Shown here one piece after another: positions 1 to 8,762 of a DNA stretch of 43,654 nucleotides. The notes below the pieces were generated by a model that did no database searches, was not told the DNA's origin, and saw only the letters and a program-made list of their open reading frames with translations. The stretch covers positions 1 through 43,654 of the forward strand of contig JBLFYO010000001.1 in assembly GCA_047609165.1 (NCBI GenBank), in the 5' to 3' direction. Source of the DNA: Francisella sp. Its GTDB lineage: Bacteria > Pseudomonadota > Gammaproteobacteria > Francisellales > Francisellaceae. Both the position numbers and the translations under genes were made by a program. Every line of letters starts with the position of its first letter. The stretch's first letter is position 1.

Positions 1-135
1 GATTTAAATCCAATAGAAAAAGTTTGGGCTAATTTTAAAAATATTTTAAGAAGAATAAGGCACAAATATAGTGATTTTAAAGATGCTATAAAAGCGGCAT
101 GGAATTGGAATAAAACTCTTTCAGATTGGCTATAA
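1..135 (+). mobile_element. 3' end of an IS630-family transposase and right end of the IS (truncated by the window edge)
   Basis: Frame 1 reads DLNPIEKVWANFKNILRRIRHKYSDFKDAIKAAWNWNKTLSDWL*. (P)DLNPIExxW is the third-catalytic-residue motif of IS630/Tc1 DDE transposases. The element ends ...GATTGGCTATA, consistent with a TA target site. Confidence 0.85.
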
Positions 136-994
136 GACAATAGATTTAGCTTTGGATTTTAGGCGAGAGCTTGTGAAATTAAAAGATGAATCTAGTAGTT
201 GGTTTTTCGATGTTTGGCAACCGAGTGACATATCCTCTAAAGAGGCTTGGGCTTTGACAAAAGAGAATAATTGGCATGGCTTTAAAAAAGCAGATGAAGA
301 TTTTTTGTATTTAGATCCTCTTAAAATAACCATTTTAACACCAGGCATATCCAATAATGAAGTTGATGAAGAGGGTATCCCTGCTGATGTAGTTGCTAAA
401 TTTCTTGATGAACATAATATTGTTATTGAGAAATCAGGACCTTATTCTCTATTGTTTATATTTTCGATGGGGACTACAAGAGCTAAGTCTGTGAGACTTT
501 TGTCAGTACTTAATAAGTTCAAACAAATGTATGATGAAAATACACTTGTTGAGAAAATGCTACCAACTCTTTATGCAGAAGATCCAAAATACTATGAAGG
601 TAAAAGAATCAAAGAGGTTAGTGATCTTTTACATGGATTTATGCGTGAAGCTAACTTGCCAGAATTAATGGATCAAGCTTTCAATGTGCTTCCAGAGCAA
701 CAAATAAATCCTCATGAAGCGTATCAGAAACTTCTAAAAGGCAAGGTTAAAAAGGTTGCATTGACAGAGCTTCATGGTCATGTATCCGCTGTGATGATAC
801 TGCCTTATCCACCAGGTATACCTGTTATATTCCCAGGTGAGAAAATTATAGATCAATCTAAGGTGATATTAGAGTTCTTATTGATGCTAGAAAAAATTGG
901 CTCTATGCTACCTGGTTTTGATACCGATATCCACGGACCAGAAAGAGCGAAAGATGGTAAGCTGTATATAAAAGTTGTTGATGAAACTAAGTAG
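134..994 (+). pseudogene. C-terminal fragment of an Orn/Lys/Arg decarboxylase (lysine decarboxylase, LdcF/CadA-like), interrupted by IS630
   Basis: Contains WFFDVWQP, LDPLKITILTPG, EKSGPYSLLFIFS, ILPYPPGIPVIFPGE and PGFDTDIHG. Only about 287 codons are present from a family of about 710 aa. The frame (KTIDLALDFRREL) runs right up to the IS end. Confidence 0.88.
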
Positions 995-1011
995 TTATGG
1001 ACAGTCCCTTA
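995..1011. repeat. 17-bp terminal-inverted-repeat-like sequence, exact reverse complement of 23858-23874
   Basis: TTATGGACAGTCCCTTA versus TAAGGGACTGTCCATAA. Confidence 0.6.
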
Positions 1012-1120
1012 AACTAGACACCTCTCAAAAAGTAAAAAATAGTGAATAAAAAGCTTATAAATTGATAAAAAAAATTGTATAGTGTTTGTTATATAAAACT
1101 AATTTCTAGTAGGTTTTTCT

Positions 1121-2197
1121 ATGCTTAAAACTCCATTGTATGATTGTCATGTAGAAGCTAATGCCCGCATGGTAGATTTTTCAGGTTGGTCAATGCCGAT
1201 AAACTATGGTTCACAAATCAAAGAACATGATACTGTGCGTACTAATTGCGGTATTTTTGATGTCTCTCACATGCTTGCTGTAGATATAAAAGGCAATGGT
1301 GTTGAGAGCTTTTTGCGTCACATTTTAGCTAATGATGTCAAAAAACTACAAGAAAACCACGCTCAATATGGCTGTATGCTTAATCACGAAGCTAAAATCA
1401 TAGATGATTTGATAACCTACAAAGTTACGAGTAATCACTTTAGAGTAGTAATCAATGCAGGTAATAGAGAGTCTGATGTAGCATGGTTTAGAGAAAATTC
1501 AAAAAACTTTGATGTAATAATCACAACTTGTGAAAACTCGGCAATCATTGCAGTACAAGGACCAAATGCTAAAGACATCGTTGCAAAAACTGTAGATGCT
1601 AGTATTGCAGCTGAATTAAGCTTATTAGCACCGTTTAGTTTTAAAATTGATGGCGAGTGGATGTTTGCTCGTACAGGTTATACAGGTGAAGATGGTTTTG
1701 AGATAATTTTACCACAAGATGACGCTGTGAATTTCTGGAATGCTTTGCTAAAGAATGGAGCAGAGCTAGCTGGTTTAGGTGCTAGAGATACTCTACGACT
1801 AGAGGCAGGTATGCACTTGTATGGTCAAGATATGAACACTCAAACTACACCGTTAGAGCGTGGTCTTGGTTGGAGTGTTGATTTGTCTGATGAGACTAGA
1901 GAGTTTATTGGCAAAAAAGCATATTTAGCAAAAAAAGCTGATGGTATAAAAACTAAGTGGGCAGGTATAGTACTTTATTCAAAAGGTGTGCTAAGAGCTG
2001 GTCAAGAGATTGATTTTGATAATGGTGAAAAAGGTTATATAACAAGTGGTAGCTTTTCACCAACTTTGAAAGTTGCTATAGCTTTGGCTTATATACCGAA
2101 AGAGGGTGGAAATCCTAAGGTAAATATTCGTGGTAAAGAGCTTGAAGTAGAAGTTACTAAGCCGAGATTTGTCAAGAATGGTAAGTCATTATTATAA
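1121..2197 (+). CDS. gcvT: Glycine cleavage system aminomethyltransferase T
   Basis: [24 protein letters not shown] and [13 protein letters not shown] motifs; followed by gcvH and gcvP. Confidence 0.97.
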   Translation: MLKTPLYDCHVEANARMVDFSGWSMPINYGSQIKEHDTVRTNCGIFDVSHMLAVDIKGNGVESFLRHILANDVKKLQENHAQYGCMLNHEAKIIDDLITYKVTSNHFRVVINAGNRESDVAWFRENSKNFDVIITTCENSAIIAVQGPNAKDIVAKTVDASIAAELSLLAPFSFKIDGEWMFARTGYTGEDGFEIILPQDDAVNFWNALLKNGAELAGLGARDTLRLEAGMHLYGQDMNTQTTPLERGLGWSVDLSDETREFIGKKAYLAKKADGIKTKWAGIVLYSKGVLRAGQEIDFDNGEKGYITSGSFSPTLKVAIALAYIPKEGGNPKVNIRGKELEVEVTKPRFVKNGKSLL

Positions 2198-2232
2198 TTT
2201 AAAAATATGTTCAATTAATACGGAGAAATAAA

Positions 2233-2616
2233 ATGTCTAATATACCTAATGAATTAAAATACACAAAGAGCCATGAATGGGTAAAAGTTGATGGTGATGT
2301 GGCTACTGTAGGTATTACAGAGCATGCTCAATCACTTTTGGGTGATTTGGTGTTCGTAGAGCTACCAGAAGTTGGTGATGAGCTTTCAGCAGGCGATGAT
2401 GCTTGTGTAGTTGAATCTGTAAAAGCAGCTTCTGATGTATATACTCCTATAGATGGTGAAGTACTTGAAGTAAATAATGGTGTAGTTGAAGATCCTGCTC
2501 AAGTAAATAACGAACCGTATCAAGGTGGTTGGTTATTTAAGTTAAAAATATCTAATAGTTTACAAATTAGTGATTTGATGAGTGCTTCTGATTATTCTAG
2601 TACTATTGAAGATTAA
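2233..2616 (+). CDS. gcvH: Glycine cleavage system H protein
   Basis: YTKSHEWV and the lipoyl-lysine motif VESVKAASD; GGAG RBS upstream. Confidence 0.97.
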   Translation: MSNIPNELKYTKSHEWVKVDGDVATVGITEHAQSLLGDLVFVELPEVGDELSAGDDACVVESVKAASDVYTPIDGEVLEVNNGVVEDPAQVNNEPYQGGWLFKLKISNSLQISDLMSASDYSSTIED

Positions 2617-2634
2617 TATTTTTTAATTCGATGA

Positions 2635-2679
2635 ATTGCGGGGAATAACTAGTTATTTTCAAGATAGCTAACCCGCAAT
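2635..2679. terminator. Stem-loop after gcvH (partial terminator or mRNA-stability hairpin)
   Basis: ATTGCGGG (2635-2642) pairs with CCCGCAAT (2672-2679); inner TAGTTATTTT/AAGATAGCTA stem with G-U pairs. Confidence 0.45.
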
Positions 2680-2684
2680 AAAAG

Positions 2685-2761
2685 CGTCATGCTGAATTTA
2701 TTTTAGTATCTCGCGACAAGCATTGATTCTATTGAGATCCTGAAAAAAGTTCAGGATGACG
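2685..2761. repeat. Palindromic RPE-like element (GTCAT...ATGAC family), intergenic copy
   Basis: CGTCATGCTGAATTTATTTTAGTATCTC ... GAGATCCTGAAAAAAGTTCAGGATGACG: two inverted hairpin arms of the same family as the inserts in murE. Confidence 0.85.
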
Positions 2762-2801
2762 AAGTAGGTTTTTGTATTACTTTTAAGACATAGGAGGTTA
2801 T

Positions 2802-4184
2802 ATGTCTTTTATTCCGCATAAGCCAGAGCAAATCAAAGAGATGCTCGGTATAATTAAAGCAAATTCAGTTGATGATCTATTTGATGAGATTTTACCTGAA
2901 CTTAGAGCTGATAAACTCAAAATTGCAGATGGTATCTGTGAGATAGAATTAGCTCGTGTAGCTAAGAAAAGAGCATCAAAAAATAAAGACTTAGTAAACT
3001 TTATTGGTGCAGGTGCATATACGCATCACATTCCTGCTGCTATATGGGATATAGTTGCTAGAGGCGAGTTTTATACTGCATATACGCCGTATCAAGCAGA
3101 AGCATCGCAAGGTGGCTTACAAGTTATATATGAATACCAAACAATGATGGCATCATTAACAGGTATGGATGTTTCAAATGCATCAATGTATGATGGTGCA
3201 ACTGCTCTTGCAGAATCAGTCTTAATGGCTATTCGCTCAAATAAAAAAGTGAAATCTTTAAAAATTTTAGTTGCAGATGCACTACACCCAACTTATTTAA
3301 AAGTTGTAGATACTATAACTAAGCATCAAGGTATAGAAGTTGATGTAGTGAGTTTGGATTTGAAAGAAGGTAAAACTTCAGCTGAAAATTTAAAAGCATT
3401 TGAAGGTAATCAATACGCAGCGGTAGTTATTCAAAGCCCTAATTTCTTGGGTCAAATTCCAGATGTAGATGGCTTAACTAATTGGGCTCACAATCATGGT
3501 GCTTTGGTAGTAGCTGTAACTAATCCAGTATCATTGGCAATATTAAAATCGCCTGCAGAATGGGGTGAAACGGGGGCTGATATAGTTTGTGGCGAAGGTC
3601 AACCTTTAGGCGTGCCTGTAGCTTCTGGTGGACCATATTTTGGTTTCATGACTTGCAAGATGGTTTTCGTACGCCAAATGCCAGGTCGTATAGTTGGTAG
3701 AACTGTTGATTTAGATGGTAAGGAAGGTTTTTGCCTTACTTTGCAGGCTCGTGAGCAACATATTCGCCGTGCTAAAGCTACTTCAAATATCTGTACTAAT
3801 CAAGGTCTTATGGTTACAGCAGCTACTATTTATATGAGTCTTATGGGTGCTGAAGGTCTAGCTAGAGTTGCTGAAAACTGCCATGTAAATACTAATAGTC
3901 TTGCTAATAAACTTGCAAGTTTAGATGGTGTGAGTGAGAGATTTGATGGTGTACGCTTTCATGAAGTAGTTATTGATTTACCAATTAAAGCAAAAGATTT
4001 TATCAAAGAAATGGCTAATGAAGGCTTTGATGCTGGATTTGATTTAGGTCAGTTTGATGAGAATTTACAAAATTCAATAATGGTTTGCTCAACAGAAATT
4101 CATAATGACAGTGATCATGATGAGTATGTTGCGGCAGCTAAGAAAGTTTTAGCTAAAATAATGACAACTAAGGTAGGAGGTTAA
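2802..4184 (+). CDS. gcvPA: Glycine dehydrogenase (decarboxylating) subunit 1
   Basis: [26 protein letters not shown] and [18 protein letters not shown]; AGGAGG RBS. Confidence 0.96.
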   Translation: MSFIPHKPEQIKEMLGIIKANSVDDLFDEILPELRADKLKIADGICEIELARVAKKRASKNKDLVNFIGAGAYTHHIPAAIWDIVARGEFYTAYTPYQAEASQGGLQVIYEYQTMMASLTGMDVSNASMYDGATALAESVLMAIRSNKKVKSLKILVADALHPTYLKVVDTITKHQGIEVDVVSLDLKEGKTSAENLKAFEGNQYAAVVIQSPNFLGQIPDVDGLTNWAHNHGALVVAVTNPVSLAILKSPAEWGETGADIVCGEGQPLGVPVASGGPYFGFMTCKMVFVRQMPGRIVGRTVDLDGKEGFCLTLQAREQHIRRAKATSNICTNQGLMVTAATIYMSLMGAEGLARVAENCHVNTNSLANKLASLDGVSERFDGVRFHEVVIDLPIKAKDFIKEMANEGFDAGFDLGQFDENLQNSIMVCSTEIHNDSDHDEYVAAAKKVLAKIMTTKVGG

Positions 4185-4185
4185 A

Positions 4186-5631
4186 ATGGTAATTTTTGAA
4201 AAAACTCGTGGTCATAACTCTCCTGCAGTTATTCCTAAAAAAGCTGATGGTGTCTCAAAGATTCCAGAAAGTATGCTTCGTGCTAAAAAGCCGATCCTAC
4301 CACAGCAAGCTGAGCTTGATGTAGTAAGGCATTATACACAGCTATCTCGCAAGAACTTCTGTATAGATACAAATTTCTATCCATTAGGTTCGTGTACTAT
4401 GAAGTATAATCCTCGTGCTGCTCATAAATATGCTTCATTACCAGGGTTTTTAGATAGACACCCATACTCTGCTAATGAAAGTGTACAAGGTACGCTAGAA
4501 TGTATGTATGATCTTCAAGAGCTTATCAAAGAGCTTACAGGTATGACAGGTGTTTCACTAGCTCCTATGGCTGGTGCTCAAGGTGAGTTTGCTGGTGTTT
4601 CGATGATTAAAGCTTATCATCACAAACGCGGCGATTTTGAAAGAGATGAAATCATAGTTCCAGATGCAGCTCACGGTACAAACCCGGCTACGGCTAAAGT
4701 TTGTGGTTTAAAAGTTGTCGAAATACCTACTAAAAAATGTGGTGATATCGACATGGACGCTTTGGAGAAAGTACTTGGTCCTAAAACTGCAGGTATTATG
4801 CTTACAAATCCATCAACAGTTGGTGTATTTGAGAGAAATATTGGTACTATCGCAAAGATGGTGCATAAAGCTGGTGGATTACTTTACTATGATGGTGCAA
4901 ATCTAAATGCAATCATGGGTAAAGCTCGTCCTGGTGATATGGGATTTGATGTATTGCACATGAATCTACACAAGACATTTGCTACTCCACATGGTGGAGG
5001 TGGTCCAGGAGCAGGTCCTGTAGCTGTGAATGATAAGCTAAAAGAGTTTTTACCTATTCCAACAGTTGGTAAAAAAGATCATGGTTTTGCATGGCTTACA
5101 GAAGAAGATGTACCTAATTCTATAGGTAGATTATCTACATTTAACGGTAATATTGGCGTATTAATGCGTGCTTATATTTATGGAGCTATGCTTGGTGGTA
5201 ATGGACTAACTAAAGCATCTGAAATGGCTACGCTAAATGCTAACTATATTATGGCTCGCCTAAAAGATGAAGGCTTTACTATAGCTTATCCTGAACGAAG
5301 AGCATCGCATGAATTTATCGTAACTTTGAAGCCAGAGCTACAAAAGTATGGTGTGACAGCTACAGATTTTGCGAAATGCTTAATCGATAGAGGTGTGCAT
5401 GCTCCAACAATGTATTTCCCACTTTTAGTGCCAGAGTGCTTACTTATTGAGCCAACTGAAACTGAAAATGTAGATAGTATGGAGCAATTTATCAAAGCAA
5501 TGGTAGAAATTCGTGATATTGCGAAGACAGATCCAGAGTATCTAAAAGGTGCTCCGTATAATCTACCTGCTCGTCGCCTAGATGATGTAAAAGCCGCTAA
5601 AGAGCTTGATATTGTTTGGCAGCCTAAGTAA
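4186..5631 (+). CDS. gcvPB: Glycine dehydrogenase (decarboxylating) subunit 2
   Basis: [12 protein letters not shown] and the PLP-lysine motif [21 protein letters not shown]. Confidence 0.96.
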   Translation: MVIFEKTRGHNSPAVIPKKADGVSKIPESMLRAKKPILPQQAELDVVRHYTQLSRKNFCIDTNFYPLGSCTMKYNPRAAHKYASLPGFLDRHPYSANESVQGTLECMYDLQELIKELTGMTGVSLAPMAGAQGEFAGVSMIKAYHHKRGDFERDEIIVPDAAHGTNPATAKVCGLKVVEIPTKKCGDIDMDALEKVLGPKTAGIMLTNPSTVGVFERNIGTIAKMVHKAGGLLYYDGANLNAIMGKARPGDMGFDVLHMNLHKTFATPHGGGGPGAGPVAVNDKLKEFLPIPTVGKKDHGFAWLTEEDVPNSIGRLSTFNGNIGVLMRAYIYGAMLGGNGLTKASEMATLNANYIMARLKDEGFTIAYPERRASHEFIVTLKPELQKYGVTATDFAKCLIDRGVHAPTMYFPLLVPECLLIEPTETENVDSMEQFIKAMVEIRDIAKTDPEYLKGAPYNLPARRLDDVKAAKELDIVWQPK

Positions 5632-6589
5632 TAAATTTACTTCTCTTAGAAACAATTTCCTCAAAGAGGTAATTATGTGCAACATATCTGCCTACGGGTG
5701 ATAATGAGAAATATTGAACTGAGGTGTCACATATAAGTTCAAATATTGTGTTAAATTTTTTATTTTCAATGAGTTCATCTAGATGTTGGTGTAATTTTTT
5801 TTCTTCGCTGAATACCGAAGGATACTCTTTTGAGTACTTATGGAATAATACCAACCTATATATTCTAGAAAGAGCCTTAGCATCTACACCAGGTTTATTT
5901 AATTCGCTAGTACCGATATTTAATATTTTATCTTCAACCATATTTAGTGCAAATGGTGTATATAATATACTTGGTTGTTGACTATTAAATAAGCCTATTG
6001 ATTCTAAATAGCAATAATTATCCTCGTGGCTTTTTATAAGGTGAGAAAAAGGATCGTATGCTTTGCTTAAAAGTTCTTTTAACTCCTTGATAGTTTTAGG
6101 TTTACCTTTTGGAAAGTTTTCAAAGGAAGTATAGTTTAATGTTAAAATATCTAAATGGTCTTTAGAAAGATCTCCTAAGATCTTAAGAGCTTTATCTATA
6201 ATGATTTTCTTAAAAGAGCTTTCATCTTCAATAAATATCCTATCTTCAAGTGACTTTAGTAGTAACTTTTTGATATGTTCATTATTATTTATTACACATG
6301 TTTGTAAAGCATTAAAAATAGCTAATTGTATTTCAGGTGAGTCAAGTCTCAATAGTTTGTCAGGGTCTCTTTTTTTAATTTTTTCTACTAGTTCGTCTGT
6401 AAAGGTTTTGGATTTTGTTTCTACAATAGTTTTTGCATGACCACTAAATATAATTGAGTTTTCTTTGAAAACATCTAATATTATTTTTCTTATATTTTCT
6501 TCATCTATCTTGTTATTGATAGTGATAGTGGTATCATTACCGTTTATTTGAGTGGAGTTGTTTCCAGCTGTTTGATTAATTTTTGTCAT
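5624..6589 (-). CDS. Accessory hypothetical protein resembling the LPO_1073/Vpar_1526 family (Abi-alpha/DUF4393-like core), with an N-terminal N/Q/T-rich motif
   Basis: 321-aa ORF. The N-terminus [14 protein letters not shown] is followed by [12 protein letters not shown]...[12 protein letters not shown]...LEDRI...[15 protein letters not shown]. The family call is from recall of this pattern, not from a search. Confidence 0.65.
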   Translation of the reverse strand: MTKINQTAGNNSTQINGNDTTITINNKIDEENIRKIILDVFKENSIIFSGHAKTIVETKSKTFTDELVEKIKKRDPDKLLRLDSPEIQLAIFNALQTCVINNNEHIKKLLLKSLEDRIFIEDESSFKKIIIDKALKILGDLSKDHLDILTLNYTSFENFPKGKPKTIKELKELLSKAYDPFSHLIKSHEDNYCYLESIGLFNSQQPSILYTPFALNMVEDKILNIGTSELNKPGVDAKALSRIYRLVLFHKYSKEYPSVFSEEKKLHQHLDELIENKKFNTIFELICDTSVQYFSLSPVGRYVAHNYLFEEIVSKRSKFIT

Positions 6590-6722
6590 CGTTTAGTTTA
6601 TTGGTTATAGTATTGTTATTTCCATTTATTTGTATTGAGCTATTCTCAGCCTTTTGAATAGTCTTTTGGGAGTTTATTTTGATTATTATCTTTCCGAATA
6701 GTTTTTTAAGTGTTATAAGCAT
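6576..6722 (-). CDS. Unannotated 48-aa small protein sharing a motif with the downstream gene
   Basis: Translated by hand as [48 protein letters not shown]. It overlaps the downstream start by 14 nt and shares 12/18 residues with the downstream N-terminus. Confidence 0.65.
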   Translation of the reverse strand: MLITLKKLFGKIIIKINSQKTIQKAENSSIQINGNNNTITNKLNDDKN

Positions 6723-6784
6723 TAGATGTTTTATTTTTATGAAACTGTATTCTATATGTAAGGTTTAATTATGAAAAATCAAGC

Positions 6785-7627
6785 TCATAATTTCCAAGCT
6801 TCAACAATATCTCCCTCTGTAATCTTCTTTTCTAAATTCAAATTATCAAAATATAGCATATATTGTTTTATGAGTTGAGCAATATACATACCTTCTCCAC
6901 CAATATAGAAAATATTATTTTTATCACAGTATTCTAGTAAATAGTTTTTTTTATTATCTTTCTCAGGCATAGCGTGGCAGAATACTATTTTCGCGGTTTT
7001 AGCTAGATCTATGAATTGAGTATTTTGCTCTAATTCGGGTGATGAAGATATCGGCGTTGCATCTACTACCAAATCATAAGGTCCTGCAAAATGTGGAATA
7101 TTATCAATACCTAAATCTTTTCTTTTTTGAGCTACTTTATCTGCATCCCTACCGACTATAGTGACTTGTAATCCTAAATCTTGTAGTACTTTAAAGGCAA
7201 CTCCAGAGACACCACCATTGCCATAAATGACAGCTGTTTTTATATCTTGTTTCGAGTCTTTGATACCTTTGGTTAAAGTTGTTTGTAAGCCGTGGCAATC
7301 GGTATTGTAGCCATATAGTTTGCCGTTTTTATTTATGATTGTATTTACAGCAAGAGTTTCTTTAGCTAATGGTTCGACACAGTCTAAAAAGGGTATAACT
7401 TTAGATTTTAAGCCATCGTGAGCTGTAACTGTGCCACCATTTACAAAAGGAGCCTTGATAGCATCGGTATAGGTCTTAGCACAAATTGAGTCTTTGAATG
7501 TGAAGTAACAAAGATTTAAGCCTAGTTTCTGTATAGCTGTATTATGGCGATGTATTGATGAATCACTACCAGATGTAGAAAGTAGAAGTTTAGTACTAGT
7601 ATTTAGTGAGATTGGAATGTTTTTCAT
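6785..7627 (-). CDS. aroE: Shikimate dehydrogenase-family protein
   Basis: AVNTI..NGKLYGYNTD and the Rossmann motif IYGNGGVS. The likely start is MKNIPISLN at 7627; the ORF-track extension to 7765 crosses the divergent promoter region. Confidence 0.8.
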   Translation of the reverse strand: MKNIPISLNTSTKLLLSTSGSDSSIHRHNTAIQKLGLNLCYFTFKDSICAKTYTDAIKAPFVNGGTVTAHDGLKSKVIPFLDCVEPLAKETLAVNTIINKNGKLYGYNTDCHGLQTTLTKGIKDSKQDIKTAVIYGNGGVSGVAFKVLQDLGLQVTIVGRDADKVAQKRKDLGIDNIPHFAGPYDLVVDATPISSSPELEQNTQFIDLAKTAKIVFCHAMPEKDNKKNYLLEYCDKNNIFYIGGEGMYIAQLIKQYMLYFDNLNLEKKITEGDIVEAWKL

Positions 7628-7794
7628 GTTCAATAATGTAAATATTTGAAGACAACTTAAGTTTATAAGAATGAATTTAAATAAGCAAATCATAATATTG
7701 CTCACTACAAGTATTACTGCTTTTATAGGATATTTATTGTCTTTTAAATATGTTAAAATTCTCATAATTATTTAAAGAAAATAACACTTATCAA

Positions 7795-8679
7795 ATGCTT
7801 ACATTTCAAGATATTATTTTAAAGTTACATCATTATTGGGCATCAAAAGGTTGTGCAATTATTCAACCATTGGATATGGAGGTTGGAGCTGGCACTTTTC
7901 ATCCAGCGACAGCACTTAAAGCTATAGGCCCAGAGCCTTGGACCGCAGCGTATGTACAGCCATCAAGACGCCCAACAGATGGTCGTTATGGTGAAAATCC
8001 TAATCGTACTCAGCATTACTATCAGTATCAAGTTGTGATGAAACCATCTCCTGATAATATGCAAGAGTTATATTTAGGTTCATTGAAGGAGCTAGGTGTT
8101 GATACGCTAGAAAATGATATCAGATTTGTAGAAGATAATTGGGAGTCACCAACGCTAGGTGCTTGGGGTCTTGGTTGGGAAGTTTGGTCAAATGGTATGG
8201 AGATTACACAGTTTACATATTTCCAGCAAGTCGGCGGTATGGAGTGTAAGCCTGTAATGGGTGAAATAACTTATGGTCTTGAGCGATTGGCAATGTATAT
8301 CCAAGGTGTAGATAGCATGTACGATATTCTTTGGGCAAATACTCAAAATGGTCCTTTGTATTATCGTGATGTATTTATGCAAAATGAAATAGAAATGTCT
8401 ACTTATAACTTTGAAGAAGCAAATGTCGAAGAGCTATTTAAGCAGTTTGATTTGCTTGAAAAAGAGGGTTTTAGACTAGTTGAGAAAAAGCTATCATTAC
8501 CTGCTTATGAATTTGTGCTAAAAGCTTCTCATACATTCAATCTTTTAGATGCTCGTCATGCAATATCAGTAACTGAGCGTCAAGGTTATATTTTAAGAGT
8601 CAGAAAATTAGCATTAGAAGTTGCAAAAGAATATTACAACTCTCGTAAAAAGCTTGGTTTTCCTGCGTTTAAGAAATAG
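7795..8679 (+). CDS. glyQ: Glycine--tRNA ligase alpha subunit
   Basis: [41 protein letters not shown] and EITYGLERL. Confidence 0.98.
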   Translation: MLTFQDIILKLHHYWASKGCAIIQPLDMEVGAGTFHPATALKAIGPEPWTAAYVQPSRRPTDGRYGENPNRTQHYYQYQVVMKPSPDNMQELYLGSLKELGVDTLENDIRFVEDNWESPTLGAWGLGWEVWSNGMEITQFTYFQQVGGMECKPVMGEITYGLERLAMYIQGVDSMYDILWANTQNGPLYYRDVFMQNEIEMSTYNFEEANVEELFKQFDLLEKEGFRLVEKKLSLPAYEFVLKASHTFNLLDARHAISVTERQGYILRVRKLALEVAKEYYNSRKKLGFPAFKK

Positions 8680-8695
8680 TTGTTCTTAAAATAGC

Positions 8696-8762
8696 TGTCA
8701 TACTACGGCTTGACCGTAGTATCCATAGAATGACACCATGAGGCTGGGCTACCCGATGAAAT
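8696..8762. repeat. RPE-like palindromic element between glyQ and murE
   Basis: TGTC-ATACTACGG-CTTGA-CCGTAGTAT-CCA has a perfect 9-bp stem (8700-8722). ATGACA at 8730-8735 closes with TGTCAT at 8696-8701. A degenerate second arm, TGGGCTACCCGATGAAAT, follows. Confidence 0.7.

Noticed and set aside
995-1120. Glycine riboswitch upstream of gcvT
   Set aside because: The interval is short and AT-rich, with no GGAGA/CCGAAG/CTCTCAGG aptamer architecture; only an isolated CTCTCA is present.
2802-5631. gcvP in two ORFs as a possible frameshift
   Set aside because: It matches the known two-subunit GcvPA/GcvPB form, and each ORF has its own AGGAGG RBS.
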